A stretch of DNA of 64,000 bases. Source: Yuukianura sp. NJ FZ-2021. Taxonomy: Eukaryota. The notes under the pieces were generated by a model. It was not told where the DNA came from and ran no database searches. It saw nothing but the letters and a program-made list of their open reading frames with translations. Shown one piece after another: positions 53,301 through 64,000 of this stretch (position 1 is its first letter; each line of letters begins with the position of its first letter). The stretch lies in NCBI GenBank assembly GCA_046563655.1, contig CM102287.1:3782001-3846000 (forward strand), written 5' to 3'. The translations under genes and the position numbers were made by a program.

Positions 53301-56300
53301 ACAACCGAAAACATAACGTAACCTTGTAAAGTTAGCCTAACTAACCTAACCAAAATGAGAAAGGGAGGTCGTAATAAGGCTCAAGCCATAAATTCCGTTT
53401 GATCTTCCCAAGGTGAAGGGAGAGAGCCACAACTGGTTCAGCGGTGGCTAGGAGAGAACCATTAGCCCCACCTCATTTTCTGACTCCTGGAGAGATGGAT
53501 GATCGTTCCAGGACCATCAATCCCACCAGGAGCCCCACCATCCGTCCCACCATGAGCCCCACATAACACATGCTTCATTCATCACAATAGTGAGGGAGAG
53601 AGACGCTCCAGGAAACAAATTGAAAAGAAAGTACAGAGCAATTCACTTTCTCTCTTCTCCACAAAAACATAAAAACGACGGGGAATGCAATAATTCTCAG
53701 GTGAAAGTTTTATTTCAATTGTTTTCTTTTTTAGTTTAGTGTTAGAAGTACGTTCGAAAGTGAATTAAATTCAAGAAAAACGTTTCTTGATTTTGATTGG
53801 TCCTTAAAACGCTTTCTTCATTTTGATTGGCGTCTGTTTAACTCGTTTTGATTGGTTCTGGTGTGTTAAACTCGTTGTGATTGGTTCTGGAGTGTTACTT
53901 TGATTTTGATTGGTTCTTAAAAATCTGTTCTGATTGGTTGGTGAAAGTGTGTCATCCATTTTGACTAGTTTGTTTGAACAGTCTAAGCATAAGAGTGTAA
54001 GTACTTTTAAGAAAAACTGGTAAAATGAACTCCGTTTTTAAGAGGGTAATTCGACCCATTTTAATTTCGGATTTACTTTCTTCGAAGATCTAAGTTTTGT
54101 ACAGTGTGGTTCACAAGTCTTTAGAACAAGACAAGGCCATTGAACTTCTGAAGCGCACTGTTACTTAGCATTCTACATTCAATTCAACCATGAACCCGAA
54201 AAGCTGAGATTTTCGAAAAAAGGAGAAAGAATGCGTCAAAACTTTTGGCTCATACTGTACATTGAGTGTCTTGGATCTTACTGTGCGTGGGTGAGAGTGA
54301 AATCAGAGCTCGGGGCAACGCTTTCACTCTTCACCGCTCCCTTTGTAGTTACCGACGGAACTTAATTAATAATGGAAACTTCACCAAAAGATTAGGTTTC
54401 CGCTCATTTAATTCTCGGTTTCGAATAAAGTTCAAAAACATGTTTTTTGAAAACTGAAAAAAAAAATTTAAAAAAAATTGTTTTTACTTACCTTTAAGGC
54501 AATACGTAGTATTTTGATTTGTGAATATGACAATTTTGTGGCCTTTTTTACATTGACAAGTCTTCGTCGTATTGTTACAAATCAGATTATGTTTAAGTTC
54601 GCACTCAAAGTTTCGACAAGAATCTCCCAGATTGTTTCCTGAAATTAAAAAGTAAGAAGTTTGTTTACATTAGGTTCTTATTAGGCTAAAATCTCCGGTG
54701 AACCTTTATGAATCACGTTTTCAATTTTAAAGAGTGATTAGGAAGACATGTGGAACATCTTGTATCGTAGTGTTGCTCATGGGGCTACTTAAGTATCTGT
54801 TTACTCTCCTCAAACGTTGAATCTTCCCACTTTTTCTCCACAACACGAACTTTCCATTTTGGCTTTTCCAAAAAAGTTTTGTAGTTTTTCAAAAAAGTAC
54901 AAAATGACACCAAATTGCTTACTCCCACATGTCTCATCATGAGCATCCTGCACACTAGTTTTCAGAAAATCTTGAGAAATTCGAGTCAAAGCAAAGTTTT
55001 CAAGTTTTGCTTTAGTTTTGGAGAAAGTGAAATTGGAAACGAGAAGTTCTGTGAAATTGAGAATTCGAAATTTGGAAATCAAAATCTCGGGTTTCTGGTT
55101 TTGACTGGTGCTTGATTGGGAAAGTTTATTTTAAGAACAACTTAATTAATTCTGTGTTAATCAAAGGTGTTGGCTAAGTTTAATCCAGGTTCAAAAGTCA
55201 AAGGGCGAACTAAAACTAAAAAAAATGTAGAAAACTACTGACTTTTTAAACTTTTTAAACTTTTTTGGACTTTTTTCTTGAAAACTTTCACTTTTGTTTT
55301 TACAACCGGTGTAGAATATGTTACTCCGCGGAACATATGTTCTTGTGGCACTCTTAATTCTGAACCATCTTGTACAAAAGACACTCTTTTGAGGAAATGA
55401 TAAAAGTTTTCTGTAGACTTGTGACCGATGCTGTCAAACCAAGATGAAAATTGATTAAACCAAAGTTTTTGTCAGTTGTGTTGAAGTGGGAGGGAAACTA
55501 ATTACTTACTTGGAAGATGTGAACTATTAACAAACTTTTACTTTGCACAACTTTCACTTTTTCACTTCTCAAAAAACACTTTTCAAAATCTAATTTTTGA
55601 TTTCGAAATTTAAACAATTCACTAACCTAACATTAAAAAAGTCTATGATGCTGAACTTCAATTCAATGCACAACCTCCGCTCTTCCTGTTCGTGAACAAC
55701 CCATTTCCAGGTAACGGATGAGCAGGGTTTAGTACAACCTCAAAAATATTAGTCTACAGAGCCATTTTTGAAAAAGCTAAAAATGAAAATGCAAAATTTT
55801 TTGAAATTCCCAAGTCCCTCCGAATCCATTTCCTTCTAAAACGTTCCTCAGTCTAACAATTTTAAACAAAAGTGGAGTTCCGTTTTTGAAATTTTTGGAA
55901 ACCAGCTTTGTACATGCCAAAACAAATATATTTCGAAGTAAATTTCTAATTCACATAAAAGCCTTCTTCCTTTTCCTTCTTCTTAACATTAATATTCCAT
56001 TATTTTCAAAAACTAAATTCCATTTTTTAGAAAAGCCTTTTTTGAAATATCTTCAAAAACAAAAGCATGAACAGCGAACTATGTTTTCAATTTGAATCAA
56101 TTTCTGCCCCATTCATTCCAAACTACCAGCAGAGTCTAAAACTTAAACCGTAGCTTAACGTAGTTACGTAAATTCAAAATTTTGAATTTTGAAAAGAGCG
56201 CGTCAGAGGACATGAACTGAGAGAAATGTTTCATTTATTTCTAATTTGTATTCCAGGAATTGCAAATGACCCATTTTCTATTTCTCCAGAGAAAGTCACG

Positions 56301-59300
56301 GTGTTTTGGAAAACACGGTTTTCCAAAAACCGTGTTCGAAACACGGTTTTTGGTGATCGTGGTGACTGTTCCGCTAAAATGGATTTCCAGTAACTGTAGT
56401 CAACTGGAAACTAACAAAATGGAAGGTGGAGGGAGTAACTATTTCCTTGCATACCAAATAGAAAATGGAACACAGAATGTGCTTAAGTTCTTCTACGTGC
56501 CGCTTCACTACTTTCTTTGTTCAAATTTTAAAACAAACATTTTGAACAAGAAACTAAAGCTTAGACTTTTCCGGTGAAACGTAAGCTGTTTTGTTTCTCC
56601 GGCGGTTTAGTCCAATTTATTTAAATTATGGAAAACTGTTTTCAAAAACAGCGATTTACTTTATTACTTTTTCAAAATTAATGAATTTTTTAGTTTTTCT
56701 TAGAAAATGGAAAGCTTTAGAAGCTGTTTTGAAAATCCAAATGAATATTTCATGCTGCTTTAAGTAGTAACACCGCCGCCTAAACCAATTTTAGTCTAAT
56801 CGTAAACCTGGAGGTGAAGAAAGTGGAATTTCAAATCTCCTTTCACTTTTTTCAAAAACTTTTTTTTTTTCGTTTTTTTGAAAACGGAAATCCTCTTCCT
56901 CCATATGAAGACGAATACTTGTGACGGCATGATACTCCAGCACATGGTGTGAGAAGAGGCGACATCCTGTTGTTCCGGTGACATCGACGTGACAACTTTT
57001 AGAAATTTTTTGGACATTTTGAAAACCTTCTCCGATGTTTCAAAATTTTGGAATATCCAATTTCTTGGATACTAAAAAATTCCGTCTCAGTTTGCTAAAG
57101 CCTGACCTTTCTAAGCTTATAAAACGGAAAAGTGAAAGTTTGAAATAAGAAATGACAAGGAGTTGGCGGGAAACAAAAAGAAAAAAAGTTGTGATGTCAA
57201 AAACTTTTTGAAAATTTTCCTATTTTTAAATTTCCGCCTACTTATAGTCATTGTGTGTTTAAAAATAGTTTTCAACTTTATAATTTATGATAACTTTTAC
57301 CTTTTTGTTGTTTTTCCTGCGTTGGAGAAAGCAATCAACTTAACTAAACAAAAGCCAGGGCGGAGCACTTGAATTCGTCACTTTTAGGAAATTTCGGTTT
57401 TTGACAGTCAAAATACCAAAAAAGTCAACTTTTCAAATTTGAACAAAAAACTTAAGGAGCTTGAGAGGAGAAAGTAGCAAAAAATAACAAAGACTGGAAT
57501 TCCTTGTTATGTTTTTGCTGTTGTTTTAAGCAAAAGCAGCTAAGAATTGTTTTTGGAAACCTTTTTTTCCAATTTCGTTTTTTCAACTCATGTTCCACTT
57601 CCGTGATTTGCTCTCCGAATTTTGTTATTAGACTCTCCGTGGGGTAGAGTAAACTCTCCGAATCCAATTCCAATTCCATTTGAGTGTCACTTGAACAAAA
57701 GGTCACGGAAACCATTTTCTTCTGAGCAGAGGTCACGCTGACCTCTCTTCAGGAGGTCAATTTCTGTGAGGTTTGTTTTGTGAAAGTGAAAGTGGAAGTA
57801 AAGCGGGAACGTGAGAGTGTCCAAATTTAATTTCCTTTAATTGAATCATAGTGGCTTTTCCTACTGCAACTGCGGAGAAACAGTTTCGATTTTCTCGTTT
57901 GTTCTCCAGCTGTGTCCAGAAAGTGTGAACAAAAAGTGAAAGTGGTCAAGCCTTCAAATGGTGGTTTGTTCTTAACCTATTTTGAGAGCCAGACTGGAGT
58001 TGTAGACGTGTGTTAGGTTCAGATTAGGTTGGTTAGGCTAAGAATCATGTCGAATGCAACCTAAATCCACCTGATCTTGTGTTGCTACCAACTCCAAAAC
58101 CGAAAGAACGTTCATTTTCGATTAATCCTGGACAATAAACTCACAATGAACAGAAAAAGTAGGTCACGAGACACCCCGCTCTTATTCAATTTCAATTTAA
58201 ATCACAACTTTCACTTCTTTTTGGTGCCAAATGCACACCCCACTCACTTTCACCTTACGTTTTCACATGAACAGGAACTTTGCTCTCAGTTGGAACGTAC
58301 GTCTAACCTAATTAAATTAGCCTAACGGAATTTGAAAATTTTGTCGTGCTGTCGGCTGATTAACTATTTTCGTCAATTTCAAAACCAATTAACATCCAAA
58401 ACGACACGAATTATGCTCCTTTGTTAAAAAATTAGATCTTTATGCCTTGTTTTGTTCGTTTTTTTTTTAAAATTCTTTTCAATTTCGTTCTTACATTAGC
58501 TTGGTTAGGTTAGTTGACGTTTTACAATTGGATTTGCGTTTGAGCAGAATTGGAAAACAGCGCGTACTTGTCGTACATGTCTCTTTTTGCACCATTTTCC
58601 AATTTGTCTTGTACAGTATGAGCCTCAATTTTTTGGGAAAAGAATTTAAGTGTTAGACTGAACATTGTGTCTGTTAAAGGTTAAGTTATATTAGTGAAAG
58701 TGGTTCTGGACCATCCTGTACATTGTATGTATGTGTGTGTCTGCAGTACTTTACGTAAAGGATGGGGATTGTGGAGGCCTTAATGTGATTTCGACACGGA
58801 ACAGGAAAGTAGAAATGTTTGTATCTTCACTGGATCCTTCCAGAACCTTCTCCCGCGCATATTTTATTTGTCTTGAGGGCTCCTCTGGAAGAAGACGAAG
58901 AGAAAGTGCTCCAAAGGACGCTGCTTTGTGCTTCACCTCAAATTTTACTTTCGTTTTTCGAAAAAACATCGTCCTTTGGAAAATGACACTTAGAGAGACA
59001 GGATGCAGGAAGAAAAGCAGAGTAGCTGCTTCGAAACACGAACCATAATGGAGAAAGTGACAAGCACGTTTTATCATTGAAGAAAAACAAAGCGGGAAAA
59101 GCGTCGTGCCATTTTTTTGAAACTTGTCACTCCCAAATCCTTGTAAAAAAAATACTATGCGTAATTTGGAAATGCAAAGGTGACAGGTGACCTGATTCTT
59201 TTGGAGTGTTTCAGCATGTGAAGCAGCAGCGAGGTGTGAAAATTTTGCAAATTTTTGGAAAAAGAGTGAGAGAAAGTGCTGTTTTCCAAAATTTGAAAGA

Positions 59301-62300
59301 GAAAAGTTGGGTGATGGTTTTGAGATTTAGAGAAAAAAGTTGAGCAATTTTCCAAATGAGGACGACAATGAGTGAAAAATTTTTGTTCTAAAATTCTTTG
59401 TTCGAAAACGACCAAACTTTTATGTGCTTAAGTACTCATGTGCCACTGCAGTTTAAAATAAAACTTTAACTTTCAAAAAAAGTTTCACAGTTAAAATTTT
59501 AGGAGTAATAAAAATGAAGTCCGAAGCTTTCAGTTTTTTTTTGAAATGCCAAAAACTAAATCTCCATGTTTACAGTAAAGTGAATTTTATCTTGTCAAAC
59601 CTTTTTGTATTTTTTTTTAAGTGAAACCCTAAACTGCAAAATTTTTATGACCGACGTCAAAACTAAAATCAAAATTTCGAAAACAGTTTCAAGCACATCA
59701 TAATACAACAAACATAAAACACATTGAAATTACATAAACAACTCAGAAACTGAGCAAAATTATGAAGCAAAACTCAAATTTTTTCGGAAATTCCAAAAAT
59801 TCAAAGATGAAAGTTCCCTTTAACATTCACTTTTTTTTCCCGGAAAGGTGAAAGGTCAATAATTTTTCTTCTTCAGCGAAAAAGACCTTGTAAGCTCATT
59901 ATTTTTTCGGGTGAATCTCATTTTCTGAGTAGAGTTTTCCCATTTTCCAGCGCTTTTCCACTATCACTTGCCCATTAATCAAAATGAGGGAAAGTTAATG
60001 AATCTTCTCGCTTCGTATCGCTCCTTTTCTACTCTCTTTCTCACTCCAAAATCAAATCCTCCCAAGTTCCAACCTAAATTGCTCCAAATAAGTCACCGTC
60101 CATGGAACATATAGCACAGCAATGTTAGGTTAACATAGAACCTACCTAGTGTAGGACTAAATTGAAGTGAATTCGAAGCATGCTTTCCCCAAATCCCATC
60201 ATCGTTTTCTGTTTCTCATTATTTCGTTGATCGCTTCAGCTGAAAATAAATTCTGGAGGGAAACAGGAGACAAATTCAGTTTCCAAATGTCTAAACTTTC
60301 TCTGTTTTCACTTTCTAAAACAGTTCTTTTAAAAAAAAAGAATACTTTGTTTTAAAAACATGTAAATTATGCTGTAAACTGCATAAATTCAGGCCATCCT
60401 CGTCTGCTAAAAGCAATTGGTGAGAAGTTGATGTGTGGTTGAGCGAAATATTTACGCTTCCCATGTGCCCCACCAACATAAACTCAAGTTGTGTCGTGAA
60501 ATTTCAATTTGCGTTGGCCATTTCCATAAATTCGGCTAGAAACGTGAACGTGTCATTCCCTGCGTGGTTAAGCCAAAACCAAAATGGGAAGTTATGTTCC
60601 CGCCAAAAAACACGCATCCATTTGGAACAAACTTTCACCACAGAAAGTCTCTAAGGATTCGGGACACCCAAATTTGTAACTTTTCGAGTCGTGCAATATG
60701 GCTCTGGTGAGTGATGATACAGACAGAAGCAGAGCGATCCGAAAACTTATAGGTTTCCAAAAAGTTGAAAATTTTCAAATTTTCAAAATTTGACAATCTG
60801 CTCTGTCTTTTCAACCGTGGGACCTCGTGCCCAGAGGTCAATGAGACGGGTCACCATAAAGTGCATTATCGATTGGAGTAAGATTGCTGACTACACTTTC
60901 ACCTTCACTTACTGAAATGAGGGGAAAAGCTAAGCACTTTACATCAGGAACTCAGGAAATTGCGTCTCGCTCGTTATAGTGACTATTCTAGTTTCGGAAT
61001 TTAATTATTCTCAAAGTCCATTTCCACTTTGGTTACTGCTTAGCCTAAAATCCTGACTAGCCTAACCATAGCCTAACCCTTTTAGCCTAACCAGAATAGA
61101 ATTTGTCCGCTCCTTTGTAATTTTCCAATTGCTTTCTCCTGTAACTACACTGCAGTTACTCTACCACAACTAATTGTTAATCCAAAATCTCCATAAACTC
61201 TAGAAGGCCAAATTTCACTTTTGCGTGTTTCCAAATTTTGATTCAATCAAAAACAAATCTAGTTTTGATGACCTCTTCTAGCCAATCAGCAGCCAGCCTC
61301 TAACTTCAACCGTGACACGTGACATGGTTATCGCTGCGATATATACAATGTATGGCTTTTATCCCTGCGATACAAACATGTCTTGCTTTTATCGCTGAGA
61401 TAAATATGTGTCGCAGGACTTAATTCTCCGAAGTTTTACGAGCAACATGGAGACTGGTTAACTGTCATAAAATGAGGAATTTTTTAGTAATCAGCAACTG
61501 AAAATTTTCTGAGCGGCGGGAAAGTTTAGAAAAGTTGTGATTTGTGAGTAACCAGCTTGTAAGAAAAAAGTGAAAGTCCGGGTGGATTTGAAAGTTGTTG
61601 AGTCCATTTGGCGAATGACAGGAACATTGTTTACTTTGTTTTAGGTTGGAAATTCTTGGGAGATGAAATTACATCTTGTCAATATGTCAAAGGTCAAAGT
61701 GTTTTTTTAAAAGACTTGTCTTTTCTAAAAGTAGAACTGGAGCTGGGGATTTCATTTTCAAAAAACACAAGAAAACTGGAAAAATAATTATAGATGACAA
61801 AGTTGAAAGCTTTTTCTTTTGGGAATGGAACATGTAAAGTAATACACATTAGCGGAAAGACGTCAAATTACTTTTTCGTTTTCTTTCGAGGAGGTCAAAG
61901 GTCAACCATTGCCGTGGGAAACATCTTGACTTTTTCAGAAAAGAAAACTTTCAGTTCTCTTGGAAAATATTTTTTTAATGCTTTCACTGGAAAATCCTTG
62001 ACTCAAATCCAACTTTTACCGTTTTCACTTTTGGTGTAAAATTGTACTTGTAGGGACTAAAAAACGCTTGAAGCGTCTACTTGGAAAGAGATTAAGGTTT
62101 TGGCAAAGGCAGTAACCATAAATTCAAACTACACTTTCAAATACTTTTCAAAAACTCAAAAAAATTTACAAAATTTAAAAAAAAACGCTTTTCCTTCTGG
62201 ATTTGCAATGAATTGAAAAATACCAGTCAAAAGAAAATTTTGAAACAAAATGGTGTCTTTTCATCTAAAAAGAGAAAGTTACTCTTTCAAATTGAATCCA

Positions 62301-62615
62301 GGAAGAGATATAAAATCGAGTCCCAGCGCGAATTTTGTTCAGATTTTCAAAAAGAATTTGTTTTATTTTTTCAAAATTTTGGCAAAATGAAATTTTAACT
62401 TTATTGTCGCGAACTGTGATGAAAGATACAACTTACACCTGCCATTGGCAGGTTGAGAGATTTAAGAAATGTCGTTAATGATTAAAGCATGTAGATTTCG
62501 TAGAAGATTTTCAAAATTTTGAAATTTACTTACCGTTTGAACTTTCTCCTCCGTTTGTAGCTAGACAAAGTAGAAGGAAAAGAGTAAACAGATTGCACTC
62601 TCTCCCGTTCACCAT
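47336..62615 (-). CDS. Uncharacterised type I membrane protein: signal peptide, two 6-Cys (EB-module-like) repeats, one TM helix, Ser/Arg-rich cytoplasmic tail; 8 coding exons, ~301 aa
   Basis: Phase-compatible exons 62615-62534 (MVNGRECNLFTLFLLLCLATNGG), 54638-54492 (LGDSC..C..C..CQC..C), 49690-49617, 49480-49396, 48950-48771 (TM FIGVGVGMTLFCGLTCLVLRIF), 48434-48330, 47993-47803 and 47377-47336 total 906 nt. The first and last exons are inferred from phase and signal content. A possible 5' UTR donor lies near 63217. Confidence 0.75.
47484..47716. mobile_element. Foldback/MITE-like element with long imperfect inverted arms of ~15-bp ATTGTTTCGAA sub-repeats around a TTAG-rich spacer (intronic)
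   Basis: Left arm cacgccattgttgcgaaaagattgtttcgaat...aataattgtttcgaaacac matches the reverse complement of the right arm, catgccattgcttcgaatagaattgtttcgaat...aataattgtttcgaaacgc. Confidence 0.6.
48455..48761. repeat. Intronic minisatellite of ~10 degenerate 22-30-bp units, consensus GAGGTCAAAGGTCATTGACCTGAAATCTTG
   Basis: Fills almost all of intron 48435-48770. The consensus combines DR1 (AGGTCAaAGGTCA) and IR1 (AGGTCAtTGACCT) arrangements. Confidence 0.85.
53794..53937. repeat. Array of six TGATTGG (CCAATCA) boxes at 24-30-bp spacing
   Basis: TGATTGG at 53794, 53824, 53849, 53878, 53907 and 53931. Confidence 0.85.
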
Positions 62616-64000
62616 TTTTTCACTTTCTCCTTTTTCTTCAAAAATTCCAGAAAACGTCTCGAAAAATTCAGCTTTCTTGTGCTTTTCCGCTAGTTTTATT
62701 TTCTCCAAAAGGAAAAACGTGCTGAAAAAGACAAATCATTATTTTTCTGTGAGTAACCTTAGAAAAGTAGAGTAGTATGAATTCTAAAAATAGGATTTCA
62801 GAAAATCTAGAACATTCTTAGGACTCTAGTGGAGTAGTGAGTGAGTCTGGTGAACTAGGTTGACTAATGATTCCCGTCAGGAAGAAAGCACAAATCCCGA
62901 CATCCTCAACAGGCTACTACACAAACTCCCGGGTAGAATGACAAGGAGATGAGATTTTTAAGAAGCTTTCTCTCCTTTCTTTGCAGAAAAAAGTACTTTT
63001 TGAAAAACTGAAAACGAAAGACCTACTTTCTAAAAAAGCTTTTTAAAGAATGGAGATGGAAACGAAAAGCAGAGAAAAAATCATTCACCACTCTAAGACT
63101 TTACTCTTCTACGACAATTTCCAAATACTTTTTTTGAAACCATCTTTTCGAAATTTTGAACCGAACATGCCACACCTTTCTTTGTTCAGAAAAATAAGAA
63201 AGAACAAAGTAGCTTACCTTTGAAGTTAAGTCGATTTTAAAAGGCAATTTACTTCTAGTTCAACGTCACAACTTTTCAGTCCAAAATTTCAGTTTTTACG
63301 TCTAAAAATAAAAACGACACAAGAAACACTTCACGATTTGCAAGTTTTTAGCAAAATTTTGAATTTTCGTTTCAAACAGAAGTTTGAAAATTTTGTTTCT
63401 GCTATAAAATGTACCACACGCGCCCAAATACTTAAATTTTTGAGAGCTCCACAACCCAGTCGCTCTTCTTTTTCCTGGACAATGTTTGTAATCTTATCGA
63501 TTTCGAAAAAAAAACACTTTCTGAAATTGGAAATTGATTTTGAAAAACGAAAACAAAATGGATTTTTTGTCCTATTGTTTTGAGGAGGAGAATAGAAACC
63601 TTCTGTGTATTCTGGAAGTTGAAATTGTAATAAAACCAGAAGAGAAAACGCTTGGAGAGAAAGCAGAGAAGGAAAAAACTTTCACTTGGCCTGCAGCGCC
63701 GTCCTCACGTCTGGCAGAGCAGAAATTCTGCTAAATTGAACCTGCGACTGCGCAGATCCTTTTTTCACCGTTTCCCGGTGAAAGTCAACTTTCTCCTTTT
63801 GTTCCACTAGCCAAACTTTTCTTCCTTCCACTTATTTTCCAACCATTTGGAACCCACCGAAATTTCAAATCTGCCTTTCCTTGATCTTTTATCTCTCTCT
63901 GCTTTCTCTTGCTTTTTGAAAGAGATTTTATGAATTCGGCAATTCTAGGACGCTTTCAAAGCTCTCCATAATCTCTTGACTTCGTCAATCCAAAACTATA

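Overview
AT-rich, intron-containing animal DNA, most likely arthropod (pancrustacean). No prokaryotic features are present. The first ~33 kb hold a convergent (tail-to-tail) pair of engrailed-family homeobox genes in a large non-coding region. The + strand gene (10457-12356) is engrailed-like. The - strand gene (27003-15384) is invected-like, identified by a 6-nt 'RS' microexon at 19092-19097 that the ORF track cannot show. A compact cluster follows: alpha-tubulin (+), an orphan 12-Cys secreted protein (-), GPATCH4 (+), MNS1 (-) and IMPACT (+). An 8-exon single-pass membrane protein gene with two Cys-rich modules (-) spans 62615-47336. All exon chains were built by hand from GT-AG sites and give intact frames. 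The main non-coding observations are: (1) a spacing-conserved upstream module shared by the two engrailed paralogs; (2) a TTAAGGGCCC-type word dense across the en/inv region that stops near a CTCF-like site before tubulin; (3) an exact 13-mer, GAGGGAGTAACTA, found 7 times; (4) AGGTCA DR1/IR1 arrays; (5) a general patchwork of local clusters of short self-complementary words.
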